Virus record (IMG/VR): IMGVR_UViG_3300030397_000191
Span: 1-32,378 of that record
Source: a virus
Taxonomy: Duplodnaviria; Caudoviricetes
Length of the DNA: 32,378 nucleotides
Reading direction: 5' to 3' (one strand)
How positions within the stretch are numbered: position 1 is the stretch's first letter; every line of letters starts with the position of its first letter. Of this stretch, positions 1 to 7,174 are shown piece after piece. Position numbers and translations under genes: made by a program. The notes under the pieces were generated by a model that did no database searches, was not told where the DNA came from, and was given only the letters and a program-made list of their open reading frames with translations.

Positions 1-244
1 ACGCTTCGACTGTCATGCACGAGGATGACACAGGAAGCAAGCGCATAGACGCCTTGTGACGCGCCTGCTCGTCGCTCAGGATCAAGTATTGAGCAGCGTT
101 TGTGTCGTATTGATCGACCTCCCAGCCTGCCTCAGTGACTGTGACGTCCCAACCAAGGCGTTCCTTGAACATACGACGGCGAGCCTGGTACATCCCATCT
201 AAAAGTGGGGTAGTCCATTCATTCGTGTGGATCGTGTAAGTCAT
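1..244 (-). CDS. luxI: Acyl-homoserine-lactone synthase, LuxI family (N-terminal 81 aa; gene continues beyond the left edge)
   Basis: Manual translation from ATG 244, which overlaps the denV stop (ATGA): MTYTIHTNEWTTPLLDGMYQARRRMFKERLGWDVTVTEAGWEVDQYDTNAAQYLILSDEQARHKASMRLLPVSSSCMTVEA. It carries the LuxI signature R22-F26-W32-E42-D44-D47-R68. Confidence 0.88.
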   Translation of the reverse strand, partial: MTYTIHTNEWTTPLLDGMYQARRRMFKERLGWDVTVTEAGWEVDQYDTNAAQYLILSDEQARHKASMRLLPVSSSCMTVEA

Positions 245-630
245 GGGTTCTTCATTCCTGCAAGGCGCTCCGCTATGCGTTCACGATTGAGACGCAAAGC
301 TCGGCGCGTGGGTTTGTAGTCGTTGAACAGATGCTCAGGTGCGGACATGAAGTCAGCTCGTGCATCCTGTGGGTTATGCTTCACATTGAAACCACGTTCG
401 AGACATTCACCATACAGGGCAAACTGCCGATTGAAGCAGAAGAGCAGTTTGTCGTAGAAGAATAGGACGTGACCCTTGCCGAGACGGTAGGTTCGGGGCA
501 GGTCGTCAACGCTGCCACCGCGCATGTGCCATTTTCGTGAGGCACCAAAGATGCGAGGGAGTTCGCGGTACTCGGCAAGCAGGTGCTTGTCGTGAAGCTC
601 GGTCACGGGGACAACATTGATGCGGGTCAT
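241..630 (-). CDS. denV: Pyrimidine-dimer DNA glycosylase (T4 endonuclease V family)
   Basis: MTRIN N-terminus (catalytic Thr2), HLLAEYRELPRIF (catalytic Glu) and LGKGHVLFFYDKL motifs. Start ATG 630 overlaps the upstream stop. Confidence 0.95.
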   Translation of the reverse strand: MTRINVVPVTELHDKHLLAEYRELPRIFGASRKWHMRGGSVDDLPRTYRLGKGHVLFFYDKLLFCFNRQFALYGECLERGFNVKHNPQDARADFMSAPEHLFNDYKPTRRALRLNRERIAERLAGMKNP

Positions 631-833
631 TTCCAAAGCCTTTCACCAAAAGGCAACAGCTCGGGAGACGTCGGCTGCTGGTTGATGAACACAGCGGTGG
701 GCAGCTTCATACCGTTGTAGTAGTCACGGACAGAGCGTGACTCCTTGGCGGAACGCACCGGGTCGATGTTGCGACGGCGCGCTTGCTTGCCGGGTTTGGG
801 TACTTCGTAGAAGTGGTAGTAGCGGTTCTTCAT
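627..833 (-). CDS. Hypothetical protein
   Basis: ATGA overlaps with neighbours on both sides. Confidence 0.7.
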   Translation of the reverse strand: MKNRYYHFYEVPKPGKQARRRNIDPVRSAKESRSVRDYYNGMKLPTAVFINQQPTSPELLPFGERLWK

Positions 834-1135
834 GGGATCAGCTCCTTGGTTGTGACGATGCCCCAGATGAGACGAGCGTCGTGGTATTTGTTCCTGACTA
901 TATCATCTGCTTCCGCAAATGTATAGGCCATTGCTCTGTCCGGATGCTTTGTGTTTGCAGAGCCGGCACACCAGCGAGCCTTGCCCCCGGGTGTGTAACG
1001 GTCATCGGGCCAGGTGAATTTTATACGATACAGACCCTTCGGGATATGGAGGTCACAGTAACCGGAGGCGGTAGCCGGTCGAGGACAGCGCCATGGTCGC
1101 ACTGCCCCCGTGTGTATGGTGGCACGACAGGTCAC
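830..1135 (-). CDS. Hypothetical protein with possible N-terminal Cys/His zinc-binding motif
   Basis: ATGA coupling on both sides; C3...C17...CDLH pattern. Confidence 0.7.
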   Translation of the reverse strand: MTCRATIHTGAVRPWRCPRPATASGYCDLHIPKGLYRIKFTWPDDRYTPGGKARWCAGSANTKHPDRAMAYTFAEADDIVRNKYHDARLIWGIVTTKELIP

Positions 1136-1755
1136 GACAGCATGCCCTCATCACAATCACCACACTTGATGTAGATGCCAGGTTTGCCGTAGGCGTTGAG
1201 GTCGCACATGGGGCAGGTGTACTTGGTACGCTTGCTGCCTTTCTTCTCGCGCTCGATGGGAGCGCCTCGCCATTCGATCACACCGAGGAACTTCACTTCG
1301 GCCAGATCGAACTGCCCATCCTCAATGATGTAGTGCGACACTCGACGACCGGTGCGCTTGCCTCCTGGCGCGCCTGTGCTGCTCGGCATCAGGCCTATTT
1401 CTTCCATCTTCGCTGCCCATTCCTTGTCGTGAGCAGTCTTCGTTTCGAGCTCACCGAAGTGATGCTGCCACAGGTGAACCATCTCATGCACAAGGGTCGA
1501 GAAAATCTCCCGATCTGTGCGGCCGGCAAAGGTGAAGGGGTTGAGGGCAATCTCGTCGACCACCTGGTCCTTCTTCTTTGTGCCCTTGAACGGGTGATGG
1601 CGATAGTAGCCATAGGCACGGCGCATTTCCGCGGACAGGGTGATGAGGCACTGGGGCAGCTCGTTGCCGAAGATCTCTTTGTTGAAGTGGTCATAGGCGT
1701 CTTGCAACACCGTGTAGGTTTCGCGGGTCGGGGTGCTTGCGGGTTTACGTGCCAT
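1132..1755 (-). CDS. SprT-like zinc metalloprotease with C-terminal zinc ribbon
   Basis: TLVHEMVH (HExxH), downstream HDKEW, CPMC...CGDC. GGAG RBS and TAATG coupling at 1755. Confidence 0.88.
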   Translation of the reverse strand: MARKPASTPTRETYTVLQDAYDHFNKEIFGNELPQCLITLSAEMRRAYGYYRHHPFKGTKKKDQVVDEIALNPFTFAGRTDREIFSTLVHEMVHLWQHHFGELETKTAHDKEWAAKMEEIGLMPSSTGAPGGKRTGRRVSHYIIEDGQFDLAEVKFLGVIEWRGAPIEREKKGSKRTKYTCPMCDLNAYGKPGIYIKCGDCDEGMLS

Positions 1756-1985
1756 TAGTTGTTCTCCCATGCTTCGCCAGGGGCGTAGGGGTTTTCATTG
1801 TAAGGGGCGGAGGAGCCTGCTGCGAGCCACAGGAACTCCTGCTCATCGCAATCCTCGGCAATCGTCACATTGCTCAGCGTTGCGCGAAGGGGCCATGAGG
1901 GCTGATAGGCAATGCGGACCTCAGGATCAGCGTCAGTGCTCTCCGCCAGTTCGGTCAGGTGGTCAATGAGTTCGGAGAGAGTCAT
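1755..1985 (-). CDS. Hypothetical phage protein
   Basis: Coupled ORF; MTLSELIDHL...EVRIAYQPSWPL. Confidence 0.75.
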   Translation of the reverse strand: MTLSELIDHLTELAESTDADPEVRIAYQPSWPLRATLSNVTIAEDCDEQEFLWLAAGSSAPYNENPYAPGEAWENN

Positions 1986-2215
1986 TGGGTCACCCCTTCG
2001 ATGAACTTGGACATGGCATACTGCGTGTGGGGTCCTTCGTGGACAGCCAGCACAGACAGGTTGAACACCACGTAGGCGGTGCGCTCGTGCGGGACTTGGC
2101 GCAGCATCGCGGAGGCGGTGTTTGCGTGTCCCTCAATCCATGAGTTGTAGATCGCTGCCGCTTGTGCGCGGAGCGTCTCCATCATTGTGGTGTTGGGTGT
2201 TTTGGGTTCTGACAT
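1982..2215 (-). CDS. Hypothetical protein
   Basis: AGGAG RBS; ATGA overlap with the next gene. Confidence 0.7.
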   Translation of the reverse strand: MSEPKTPNTTMMETLRAQAAAIYNSWIEGHANTASAMLRQVPHERTAYVVFNLSVLAVHEGPHTQYAMSKFIEGVTQ

Positions 2216-2763
2216 ATCTGTCTCCTATCGCGTTTGATAAGGAGACTATAAGCTAGTTCCGGAAGCTGCGCAAGACCAGAACTCTGCTGCCTGCACTTGT
2301 CGCAAAGGTGCGTTCCGAGGTTGATCGGTTTGCCGCAGTTCATGCAACCGCGCTCGGGCTTGGGAGGGAGGAGGCTGTCGAGGTTGCCGGCTTCACGGAG
2401 ACGGTATATTCTGTGGCGACTGACACCGAAGTGCTCAGCGCAGGCCTTGATGGAGTCGAACTCCTGCCTGCCGACTGTGACCTTGATACCCTTCGGGGTG
2501 TATGTGTCCTGCCCCTTCTCGAGCAGTCTCATAATCACCCCTTTGTGGACTCGGAAGTGTTCGGCTGCCGACTTGATAGATGGGAAGTCAAGACCATTGA
2601 TCCTGACGGGCTGGCGATAGTAGCCCTTGCCCTTTCCTACGTCATCAAGTCGACCTGCCAGCTTTGCCTTGTGCAAAGTGTTCGGCTCGAAGCCATGGGC
2701 ACGAGCAGCGGCAGCCATTGAAGGATACCACTGCCCGCGGAATTTAACACGCTTCTTCGGCAT
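2182..2763 (-). CDS. Putative DNA-binding protein with three NUMOD1-like repeats and a C4 zinc finger
   Basis: Repeats WYPSMAAAARAHG / DFPSIKSAAEHFRV / EFDSIKACAEHFGV; CMNC...CDKC. Start reassigned to ATG 2763 (MPKKRVK). Confidence 0.7.
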   Translation of the reverse strand: MPKKRVKFRGQWYPSMAAAARAHGFEPNTLHKAKLAGRLDDVGKGKGYYRQPVRINGLDFPSIKSAAEHFRVHKGVIMRLLEKGQDTYTPKGIKVTVGRQEFDSIKACAEHFGVSRHRIYRLREAGNLDSLLPPKPERGCMNCGKPINLGTHLCDKCRQQSSGLAQLPELAYSLLIKRDRRQICQNPKHPTPQ

Positions 2764-3466
2764 CGGTGTACTCGAGGATTTTGAGGGCCTCACTGTTGTC
2801 AACCTCACCGCCCGTCTTCATCGTCGCGTGGAACAGGACGTGGGGTTTCTGGCTGAAGGGGTCACGCAGGACGGTGATCCAAGGCCGTGCGTCAATGCGG
2901 TATCCCTCGCGGAAGTCACCAAACATGAGCTGACCGTCGGGCGCGTCGGGATCAACGTGCAGCGGGTAGCCGATCAATCGCGCAGGCACACCAGCAGCAA
3001 GACTGTCCTGGAACAGGAAGCGTCCGTCTCGATCCTTCAGGCGCTTCACGTCTCGCGCTGTGTTTTCGCTGCACAGGAACGCTGAGGAAGGCCTGTAGCG
3101 CGCGTCTAGGCGATACACGAGGTCTATGATAGCATCGCTGTCGAGCAGTGCTGTGTTGACGCGCTGAACGCGATTGCTGCAGAACACGCCTTGCGGTTCG
3201 TCGTGATTGCGACCTACCATATAGGCCTTGCCTTCGATCCGACGCAACCCCTCGTAGAGCTCCTGCCCGATGGCAGTGACAATGACTTCCGGAGGAGTCT
3301 CGTCAAGCCAACGCTGGTTGCGTTGAATGATCGTGCCGATCTCGTAGGGCACACTGTGTTCGACCATGTGGATGGTTGCCAGCTGCTTCATCGTGCAGGG
3401 GATGTAGGGGCCCACAATGGACAGCTTTGTTTCGGTGTTGCCACCGTCGATATAGAAGTTGGTCAT
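2744..3466 (-). CDS. Truncated, divergent HK97-fold major capsid protein paralog (240 aa)
   Basis: C-terminal half aligns by eye with the MCP at 13879: IIDLVY, KDRDGRFL, LIGYP, FGDFREGY, VLRDPFSQKPHVLF. ATG 3466 is coupled to the upstream small ORF. Confidence 0.85.
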   Translation of the reverse strand: MTNFYIDGGNTETKLSIVGPYIPCTMKQLATIHMVEHSVPYEIGTIIQRNQRWLDETPPEVIVTAIGQELYEGLRRIEGKAYMVGRNHDEPQGVFCSNRVQRVNTALLDSDAIIDLVYRLDARYRPSSAFLCSENTARDVKRLKDRDGRFLFQDSLAAGVPARLIGYPLHVDPDAPDGQLMFGDFREGYRIDARPWITVLRDPFSQKPHVLFHATMKTGGEVDNSEALKILEYTDAEEAC

Positions 3467-3612
3467 GGGGTCACCAGGAGGTAGGATGTGAGACCAGAAA
3501 GGCCAGCGCCGAGTAGATACCCGATCCGCTGACCTGTCCGATAAGGGCGGGTGGCCTGAACGACCTGGTAGATACACCAGGCCGCCCAGAGTGCTGCGAC
3601 GGTTTCCCGCAT
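3463..3612 (-). CDS. Small hydrophobic protein (49 aa, not in ORF track)
   Basis: MRETVAALWAAWCIYQVVQATRPYRTGQRIGYLLGAGLSGLTSYLLVTP. It fills the gap exactly, with TGATG and ATGA overlaps. Confidence 0.7.
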   Translation of the reverse strand: MRETVAALWAAWCIYQVVQATRPYRTGQRIGYLLGAGLSGLTSYLLVTP

Positions 3613-4505
3613 CAGTCGATCACGGTGTGGGAGCAGTACACCCAGCCGTGTCCGTCCATCTCATCGGCCATGACCTGCGTGGCAGTCTCGATGTACTGCA
3701 TACAGTTCTCGGCATCGAGCACGGCCATGATTGCACCGTTGACGGTGAACGGGGTGACGCCCGGACCATGGATCGCCGGGTTGTCCTCGTCGCCCATCGA
3801 GTAGTAGGCAGGGTCGAAGGTCACGTCTGCTTCTTCGCCGCCGAGCATAAGGAACACGCGGTACCAAAGGGAGCGGAAGTCCATGTCGCCGGCCTCGTCG
3901 ATCAGCGGCGGCAGTGCGTCGTCTTCGTCATCGTCGAGCAATGCGCCCAGATTGATTGCCACGATACCAGCCCCGCGGAGCATGTCGGCCAGTGTGATAC
4001 CGGGATCACCCTCCTCGATGGCCGTGTCCTGACCGCACAGGTCCTTGAGCCAGTCGGGCAGTTCGACTTCCGGCTGAGCACGTTGCCCTGCGAAGGCGGT
4101 CACCTCGTTGTTCTCGGGCATGCCGTGGCAATGACCCATCAGTGTGGCCAGGTCCATGATGAGTTTGGGATCACCGGCCAGCGACTTGGCAATGCGGTCG
4201 GAGACGCGGGAGTGTTCGCCGTGCTCGGGCTCGCCGGGAGTGCTGCGGTTGTGATACAGGCTGAACAGAAACTCAGACAGGCGGCGGATTTTCGGGTCGG
4301 TGATGTTTTCGGGATTGCGGTCCATGGGATCGAGCTCCTGGATGTTGGGTTGGGCGTTGGTGAAACGACCGGTCACTGTGGGAGTGTGTCCCATGAGATT
4401 GTGCCGGTCGATCCGGGTTTGGATCAGGCCTTTGCTGGTGAAGACCGGGAACTGGAAGTACCGCGTCGTGCCATATTCCAGCCAGCGGGCGTATTCCGGG
4501 GTCAC
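3612..4505 (-). CDS. Hypothetical acidic protein (about 297 aa)
   Basis: GTG 4505 overlaps the upstream stop (GTGA); long open frame in the operon direction. Confidence 0.75.
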   Translation of the reverse strand: MTPEYARWLEYGTTRYFQFPVFTSKGLIQTRIDRHNLMGHTPTVTGRFTNAQPNIQELDPMDRNPENITDPKIRRLSEFLFSLYHNRSTPGEPEHGEHSRVSDRIAKSLAGDPKLIMDLATLMGHCHGMPENNEVTAFAGQRAQPEVELPDWLKDLCGQDTAIEEGDPGITLADMLRGAGIVAINLGALLDDDEDDALPPLIDEAGDMDFRSLWYRVFLMLGGEEADVTFDPAYYSMGDEDNPAIHGPGVTPFTVNGAIMAVLDAENCMQYIETATQVMADEMDGHGWVYCSHTVID

Positions 4506-4684
4506 TTGTCCACGCCTTTGACGGTGACTTCCAGGAAGGCGGGCATGCCTTCGACGCAATCCTTGCGGACATAGAGCGTCGGCACCGGGGCGGTGTGCTT
4601 GTCGTCATCGGGCACCTGGTACTGGAGCATGTTCTTCGTCTCCTTCTTGAAGGGCAGCTTCACGGTGGTCGGTTTCTGTGCCAT
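4502..4684 (-). CDS. Hypothetical protein, first gene of the coupled operon
   Basis: AAAGGAG RBS; promoter directly upstream. Confidence 0.8.
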   Translation of the reverse strand: MAQKPTTVKLPFKKETKNMLQYQVPDDDKHTAPVPTLYVRKDCVEGMPAFLEVTVKGVDK

Positions 4685-4715
4685 CGGATATCTCCTTTGT
4701 TGATGTGCAGGTTCT

Positions 4716-4744
4716 AACGTAATTGCTCAGCGTGTGAACGTCAA
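4716..4744 (-). promoter_or_regulatory. Sigma70-type promoter of the leftward operon
   Basis: TTGACG-17 nt-TACGTT. Confidence 0.6.
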
Positions 4745-4749
4745 CGCCA

Positions 4750-5292
4750 TTAGTCTATGATAATCTCTCCTTTCATATACAGGCGCTTAGAGTCGTTGAT
4801 TGCCCGGTGGAGGGTCATGTAGTAAGGGTCCACCCCTCGCTCGCGGTTCTTGCTGCTTAGCTCGTCGATATACTGGATAGCGAACCGACGGATACGGTCC
4901 AGCTGTCGCAGGTGGAGTTTCGGCTGTCGCAGGATGCCACGGATAACGCGGTCAGAGTAGCCCTTCTTCACCTGCTTGGTGCCGTGATATATAGCAGTGG
5001 GCTTGCCAGACAGGTCCAGGTTCCTGACGTAGTGGAGCAGGTGGTAGATGTGTGGCCGCGTGTCTGGGAAATAACAGGCCCACAGGTCCTTTCGGCGTGG
5101 GTCGCGCAATCGCTCGTACTGTCCCCATTCGACCATGATGGCCTCGAACGCGAGACGCTGGAACTTCTGTGGGCATGACGGTGCAGTGACCGCCTTGTGC
5201 AGCTGATCGAGGTGCTTGTAGCGGCATATCTCCTGGTTGATAAGAGCGAGTGACCACCCGCAGTGGGTATGAAGAAGCATGAGAGGGTTCAT
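4750..5292 (-). CDS. Hypothetical protein (about 180 aa)
   Basis: AAGGA RBS before ATG 5292 (MNPLMLLH). Confidence 0.7.
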   Translation of the reverse strand: MNPLMLLHTHCGWSLALINQEICRYKHLDQLHKAVTAPSCPQKFQRLAFEAIMVEWGQYERLRDPRRKDLWACYFPDTRPHIYHLLHYVRNLDLSGKPTAIYHGTKQVKKGYSDRVIRGILRQPKLHLRQLDRIRRFAIQYIDELSSKNRERGVDPYYMTLHRAINDSKRLYMKGEIIID

Positions 5293-5317
5293 GTCGGAGT
5301 CCTTTTTCTGATGCGCG

Positions 5318-5346
5318 ATGATACTGGGAAAACCGGTGCACGTCAA
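5318..5346 (-). promoter_or_regulatory. Sigma70-type promoter
   Basis: TTGACG-17 nt-TATCAT. Confidence 0.7.
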
Positions 5347-5480
5347 TCGCTCACGCTCGCGCGTATATTATTTATTCTCTCAAGTTCTATGAGCTTGTCA
5401 TTGAAAACATTGAACTTTTTAGGCGTCATGCTGTCGCTCACGGGTGTCAAAAGTGCAGTTACGCCTAAATGGGTGTGCAA

Positions 5481-5493
5481 AATCAATCACTTA
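5481..5493 (+). promoter_or_regulatory. IHF-like binding site in an AT-rich intergenic region
   Basis: AATCAATCACTTA matches WATCAANNNNTTR. Confidence 0.45.
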
Positions 5494-5679
5494 GGTGTGG
5501 AAGCCTGAAATAGCGCCAAAGAGCTACTGGGTATAAAAAAGTCAATAAAATCATATATATGTCCATAGAAATTAAAAAAGTGTGTATATATCGCGCGTGA
5601 CGCTACCAGAATTGACTGATAGCGCCAGCGAATTGCAGGGCGAACAGTGCCCAGCAGAACGCGAGGATGGCTAGGTCTG

Positions 5680-6318
5680 CTAACCTTTGGCCAACACTTC
5701 GCGGATCGTAGTGAGGAGTGGGTCGTCCGTCTTGAACGTCCAGCCGGCTTTGGGCTTCTGGATTTGGGCTTTCCGGAGCAGTTGTCGGCCCTTGTTCGGC
5801 TGGATGTTGAGCTCCGCGCATATCTGGGCTACCGTGATTGTGCCCTCGGGAGAGGCTTTCTGGGAACGGTGCCGGGGTGCCTGTCTGGGTTGCGAGGGCT
5901 TTGGCGTACTTTTCGTCTTCGGTTCGGAAGCCGTCGGCTCTTCGGGCTGCGAACTCATGGTACGGTGTGACGTTGTTTCGAAGTTCTCCAGTCTGCGTAG
6001 GTGGGTTGCGTCGGGTTCTGGGGGTGTCCATTGGCTCTCTTCCTTGGTTGGGGTGTATTCGATGGCGCCTTCGAGGTCTGAGCCTTTGATGTGCAGTTCG
6101 TGGCCATTAGGGGCTGTTAGGACCAGGTAGTTGGGTGTTTTCCAGTTCTGCGTAGACGGGTGCTCGAGTATGGCAGTGATCCAGTAATGGGCGGCATATA
6201 GTGCCCCGAAGCCATGGGTGAAAAACCGGAGTTCTTCGCCATCGGCGTCCCGGATGCTGAAATAGAAGTGCTCAACCGGGGGTCGAGTGGGTGAGGATGG
6301 GCTATGAGGTTTTAGCAT
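5680..6318 (-). CDS. Protein with C-terminal HTH-like domain
   Basis: AAGGAG RBS before ATG 6318; C-terminus ITVAQICAELNIQPNKGRQLLRK...WTFKTDDP. Confidence 0.75.
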   Translation of the reverse strand: MLKPHSPSSPTRPPVEHFYFSIRDADGEELRFFTHGFGALYAAHYWITAILEHPSTQNWKTPNYLVLTAPNGHELHIKGSDLEGAIEYTPTKEESQWTPPEPDATHLRRLENFETTSHRTMSSQPEEPTASEPKTKSTPKPSQPRQAPRHRSQKASPEGTITVAQICAELNIQPNKGRQLLRKAQIQKPKAGWTFKTDDPLLTTIREVLAKG

Positions 6319-6481
6319 CTTGCATCTCCTTGGCAATCGCTTTGGCTTCTGTGAGCTGGGGATCATCAGGTGACCATTGCCAGCGCTGGTTGGGTTTGTG
6401 TTTGAGGGCTTTGCGGAGTTTCTGCCGCAGGGGGTATGCGTCGAGGTCGAACTCGCGGCATAAGTGTTTGAGGGTAATCAT
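6302..6481 (-). CDS. Small HTH-like protein (59 aa, not in ORF track)
   Basis: MITLKHLCREFDLDAYPLRQKLRKALKHKPNQRWQWSPDDPQLTEAKAIAKEMQDAKTS; AAAGGA RBS; similar to the C-terminus of the next gene. Confidence 0.8.
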   Translation of the reverse strand: MITLKHLCREFDLDAYPLRQKLRKALKHKPNQRWQWSPDDPQLTEAKAIAKEMQDAKTS

Positions 6482-6508
6482 GTCAGGTTCCTTTGTTGTC
6501 CTGCTTCT

Positions 6509-6538
6509 AAGCTATCATACGTTATATTGCCCTGTCAA
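6509..6538 (-). promoter_or_regulatory. Leftward sigma70-type promoter
   Basis: TTGACA-18 nt-TAGCTT. Confidence 0.6.
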
Positions 6539-6574
6539 CAGATTAAATAAGATCAATTTGATTGCAGTTTCCTA

Positions 6575-6603
6575 TTGCAGGAAGTATTAGGATTTGGTAT
6601 CTT
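6575..6603 (+). promoter_or_regulatory. Rightward sigma70-type promoter
   Basis: TTGCAG-17 nt-TATCTT. Confidence 0.6.
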
Positions 6604-6634
6604 GTGTGTATGTTGAACGAAGACTTAGGAGAAT

Positions 6635-6847
6635 GTGATGCAAGTCTGGGAAGTTAAAGTGATCGACCAGTCGGACTTTGGTGCGGAGCTGTTCTGTGAA
6701 CTGTTCGCTGATGAGGCGGTAGCGCTGGATGTTGGCGAGGAGCAGCTCAAAAGCTACCGTGACGACCAAGACGAGGAGTTCAAGAGCTCGATAGTCCTGG
6801 AAGTGGTACCTCGGACGCTTCACCCTGTGGGAACCAAAGTCGGGTAG
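6635..6847 (+). CDS. Small acidic hypothetical protein
   Basis: AGGAG RBS; promoter upstream. Confidence 0.75.
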   Translation: MMQVWEVKVIDQSDFGAELFCELFADEAVALDVGEEQLKSYRDDQDEEFKSSIVLEVVPRTLHPVGTKVG

Positions 6848-6900
6848 AGACTGGGGCAGGATTAGAGACTGTAACCTAGCCCCGAGGGCCAGAGCCATAC

Positions 6901-7047
6901 GCGGGCGCGGCCGTATAACGGTGCGGCCCTAGGTCTGCCTAGACGGTACGGCCCTAAGCTCTACACAGGTGGTAGGGCCCTGTCTGAATAGACGGTGCGG
7001 CCGCAGGCGCCGAACGCGCTGGACCTGGTATATGAACGGCCGCCCGC
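6901..7047. repeat. GC-rich non-coding element with terminal inverted repeat and internal direct repeats
   Basis: GCGGGCGCGGCCGT (6901) and ACGGCCGCCCGC (7036) form an imperfect inverted repeat; a 22-mer recurs at 6933 and 6982 (18/22 identical). Confidence 0.6.
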
Positions 7048-7109
7048 GCCTACCACATTCGAGAATGGATGTCAACAAAACAATCTTGAAAATAACTCGG
7101 AGATACCTG

Positions 7110-7138
7110 TTGCAATATCCGATTGCGGATGGTATCTT
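7110..7138 (+). promoter_or_regulatory. Sigma70-type promoter
   Basis: TTGCAA-17 nt-TATCTT. Confidence 0.7.
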
Positions 7139-7174
7139 GTAATCATCGAAACGCAGACAATAGGAGATACTGCA

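Noticed and set aside
4330-4385. DNA polymerase A gene
   Set aside because: Only one short motif matches; catalytic motifs A, B and C are absent.
6901-7047. Possible tRNA
   Set aside because: No T-loop (TTCGA) or D-loop consensus in a cloverleaf arrangement, and it is too long.
6995-7174. N-terminal extensions in the ORF track (6995, also 3577, 4559, 17547, 22080, 29684)
   Set aside because: They run through promoters or upstream genes; downstream starts with a clear RBS or stop-start coupling fit better.
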